Part shown: positions 25,052 through 26,163 of the stretch, in pieces | How positions within the stretch are numbered: the stretch's first letter is position 1 | How the letters are laid out: each line of letters begins with the position of its first letter | Virus record (IMG/VR): IMGVR_UViG_2541047960_000003 | Length of the DNA: 26,163 nucleotides | Reading direction: 5' to 3' (one strand) | From: a virus | Taxonomy: Duplodnaviria; Heunggongvirae; Uroviricota; Caudoviricetes | Position numbers and translations under genes: made by a program | Notes under the pieces: generated by a model | The model's input: only the letters and a program-made list of their open reading frames with translations | Databases searched by the model: none | What the model was told of the DNA's origin: nothing

Positions 25052-25066
25052 AAATGGAAATGTGAC

Positions 25067-25375
25067 ATGAGTAAAGTAAATATTTCCAGTTCTGGGACCC
25101 GCATCCTACGTGTACTCAAAGCTCTACGCGGTCATGCTCTGAACGGTGTTTCTAACGGTGAACTGGCATCAGCCCTGGGGGAGTCCCCGGCGAATATCAA
25201 TCGAGCACTTAATACCCTTATTGAAGAGGGACTGGCCATGAAATTAGAGAACGGACGTTTCGCACCGGGAATCCAGTTACTACAGATCGCCATGGCTCAC
25301 AGTCACGAGATGGCGCGTGCACAGGATCGTATTAACGAAATCAACCAACGAGTTATTTCAGGTAGTCGTTTGTAA
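25067..25375 (+). CDS. winged-helix (IclR/MarR-like HTH) transcriptional regulator
   Basis: ILRVLKAL...GVSNGELASALGESPANINRALNTLIEEGLA HTH pattern; start set at ATG 25067 (MSKVN...), since the track start at 25004 overlaps the Ner-like gene and the repeats; start uncertain. Confidence 0.5.
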   Translation: MSKVNISSSGTRILRVLKALRGHALNGVSNGELASALGESPANINRALNTLIEEGLAMKLENGRFAPGIQLLQIAMAHSHEMARAQDRINEINQRVISGSRL

Positions 25376-25385
25376 GGAGTAATCA

Positions 25386-26075
25386 ATGGGACGCACCAAA
25401 TCACCCGTTAACACTGAACTGAATGTTGAGGTTCCGCTGTCAGATAACATCAATGTCAATTTGAACGCTATGACACAGCATCGCATGGAAATTATGCAGC
25501 AGTTTGGTGATGGACTGCCTTATGAACGTGATCGCATTGTTCACGAAGCACGTTTTTATATGGCGCAGAGTGCTGAATCTATGCTGGAAGCGGGTAAGCG
25601 GCTGATCATCTTAAAAGAAAATGAGCCACACGGTGATTTTACAAACATTTTAGAAAATGAACTCGGACTTGCACCACAAGTTGCTCGCCGCATGATGCAA
25701 GCCAGTATGAAGTTTTTGGGAGAAGGTGATGAGCCAACAAAACGCTCAACGTTGAGCGTTTTGGGGAAAGCCAAACTGTACGACCTGATGGTTCTGGATA
25801 ATGAAGAACTTGATGAATTGGCCGACGGCGGCACAGTTGCCGGCCTGACGCTTGACGACGTTGATCGCATGTCAGTACGTGAATTGCGTCAGGCCCTGCG
25901 CGAAGCGCGCGAAACCAACGCAGCACAACAGCGCGTACTCGCTGACAAAAATGAAAAAATAGACTCACTCTCCACCAGACTGGAGAAGAAATCCCGTATT
26001 CAGCCGCCTGAGCCTGATGAAGAGGTTAAGAAGCTGCGGGCGGAAGTGACAGCATTAGCGGTTGAGGCGGAATGA
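25386..26075 (+). CDS. conserved early-region protein of transposable prophages (DUF3102-like by recall)
   Basis: 229-aa ORF with strong SD TAAGGAGTAATCA before ATG; charged helical C-terminus; stop overlaps a following ATG (ATGA at 26072-26075). Confidence 0.5.
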   Translation: MGRTKSPVNTELNVEVPLSDNINVNLNAMTQHRMEIMQQFGDGLPYERDRIVHEARFYMAQSAESMLEAGKRLIILKENEPHGDFTNILENELGLAPQVARRMMQASMKFLGEGDEPTKRSTLSVLGKAKLYDLMVLDNEELDELADGGTVAGLTLDDVDRMSVRELRQALREARETNAAQQRVLADKNEKIDSLSTRLEKKSRIQPPEPDEEVKKLRAEVTALAVEAE

Positions 26076-26163
26076 ACCGCCCCGGGTTTCCTGGAGAGTG
26101 TTTTATCTGTGAACTCAGGCTGCCAGATCATCGTTTCCGATGGAAGCATAATAAGCTTTTTCT

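Noticed and set aside
25004-25066. Longer N-terminus for the winged-helix regulator
   Set aside because: That start would overlap the Ner-like gene's 3' end and the candidate operator repeats, and has no SD; the ATG at 25067 is preferred but still uncertain.
26072-26163. Possible start of the next early gene (transposase?) at the ATGA overlap
   Set aside because: Only about 30 codons are in the window and the translation is not recognisable; noted but not annotated.
1-26163. Integrase, attachment site, tRNA, rRNA
   Set aside because: No tyrosine/serine recombinase-like ORF and no tRNA-like structures seen; consistent with a transposable phage whose ends lie outside the window.

Overview
The window reads as most of a transposable (Mu-like) prophage with a mosaic architecture. 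From 1 to ~22,014 a single gene-dense minus-strand late operon encodes, in transcription order: holin-like protein, lytic-transglycosylase endolysin, Rz with embedded Rz1, small proteins, Mu-type head genes (large terminase, portal, F, G, I protease/scaffold, major head T, gp36/gp37-like), then a P2-type contractile tail (sheath, tube, frameshifted chaperone, tape measure, U, X, D, V, W, J, I, start of tail fiber H). From 24,826 rightward a plus-strand early operon starts (Ner-like regulator, winged-helix regulator, conserved early protein, probably transposase beyond the window). Between the two blocks (22,063-24,775) lies an AT-richer cargo region: an XRE-type repressor translationally coupled to a single-pass membrane protein, a glycine-zipper membrane protein, and a convergent small P-loop protein. 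This repressor-linked module is the best candidate for an undescribed lysogen-expressed exclusion/abortive-infection system. No rRNA, tRNA, CRISPR array or integrase was seen. All family assignments come from reading the translations and gene order, not from database searches.
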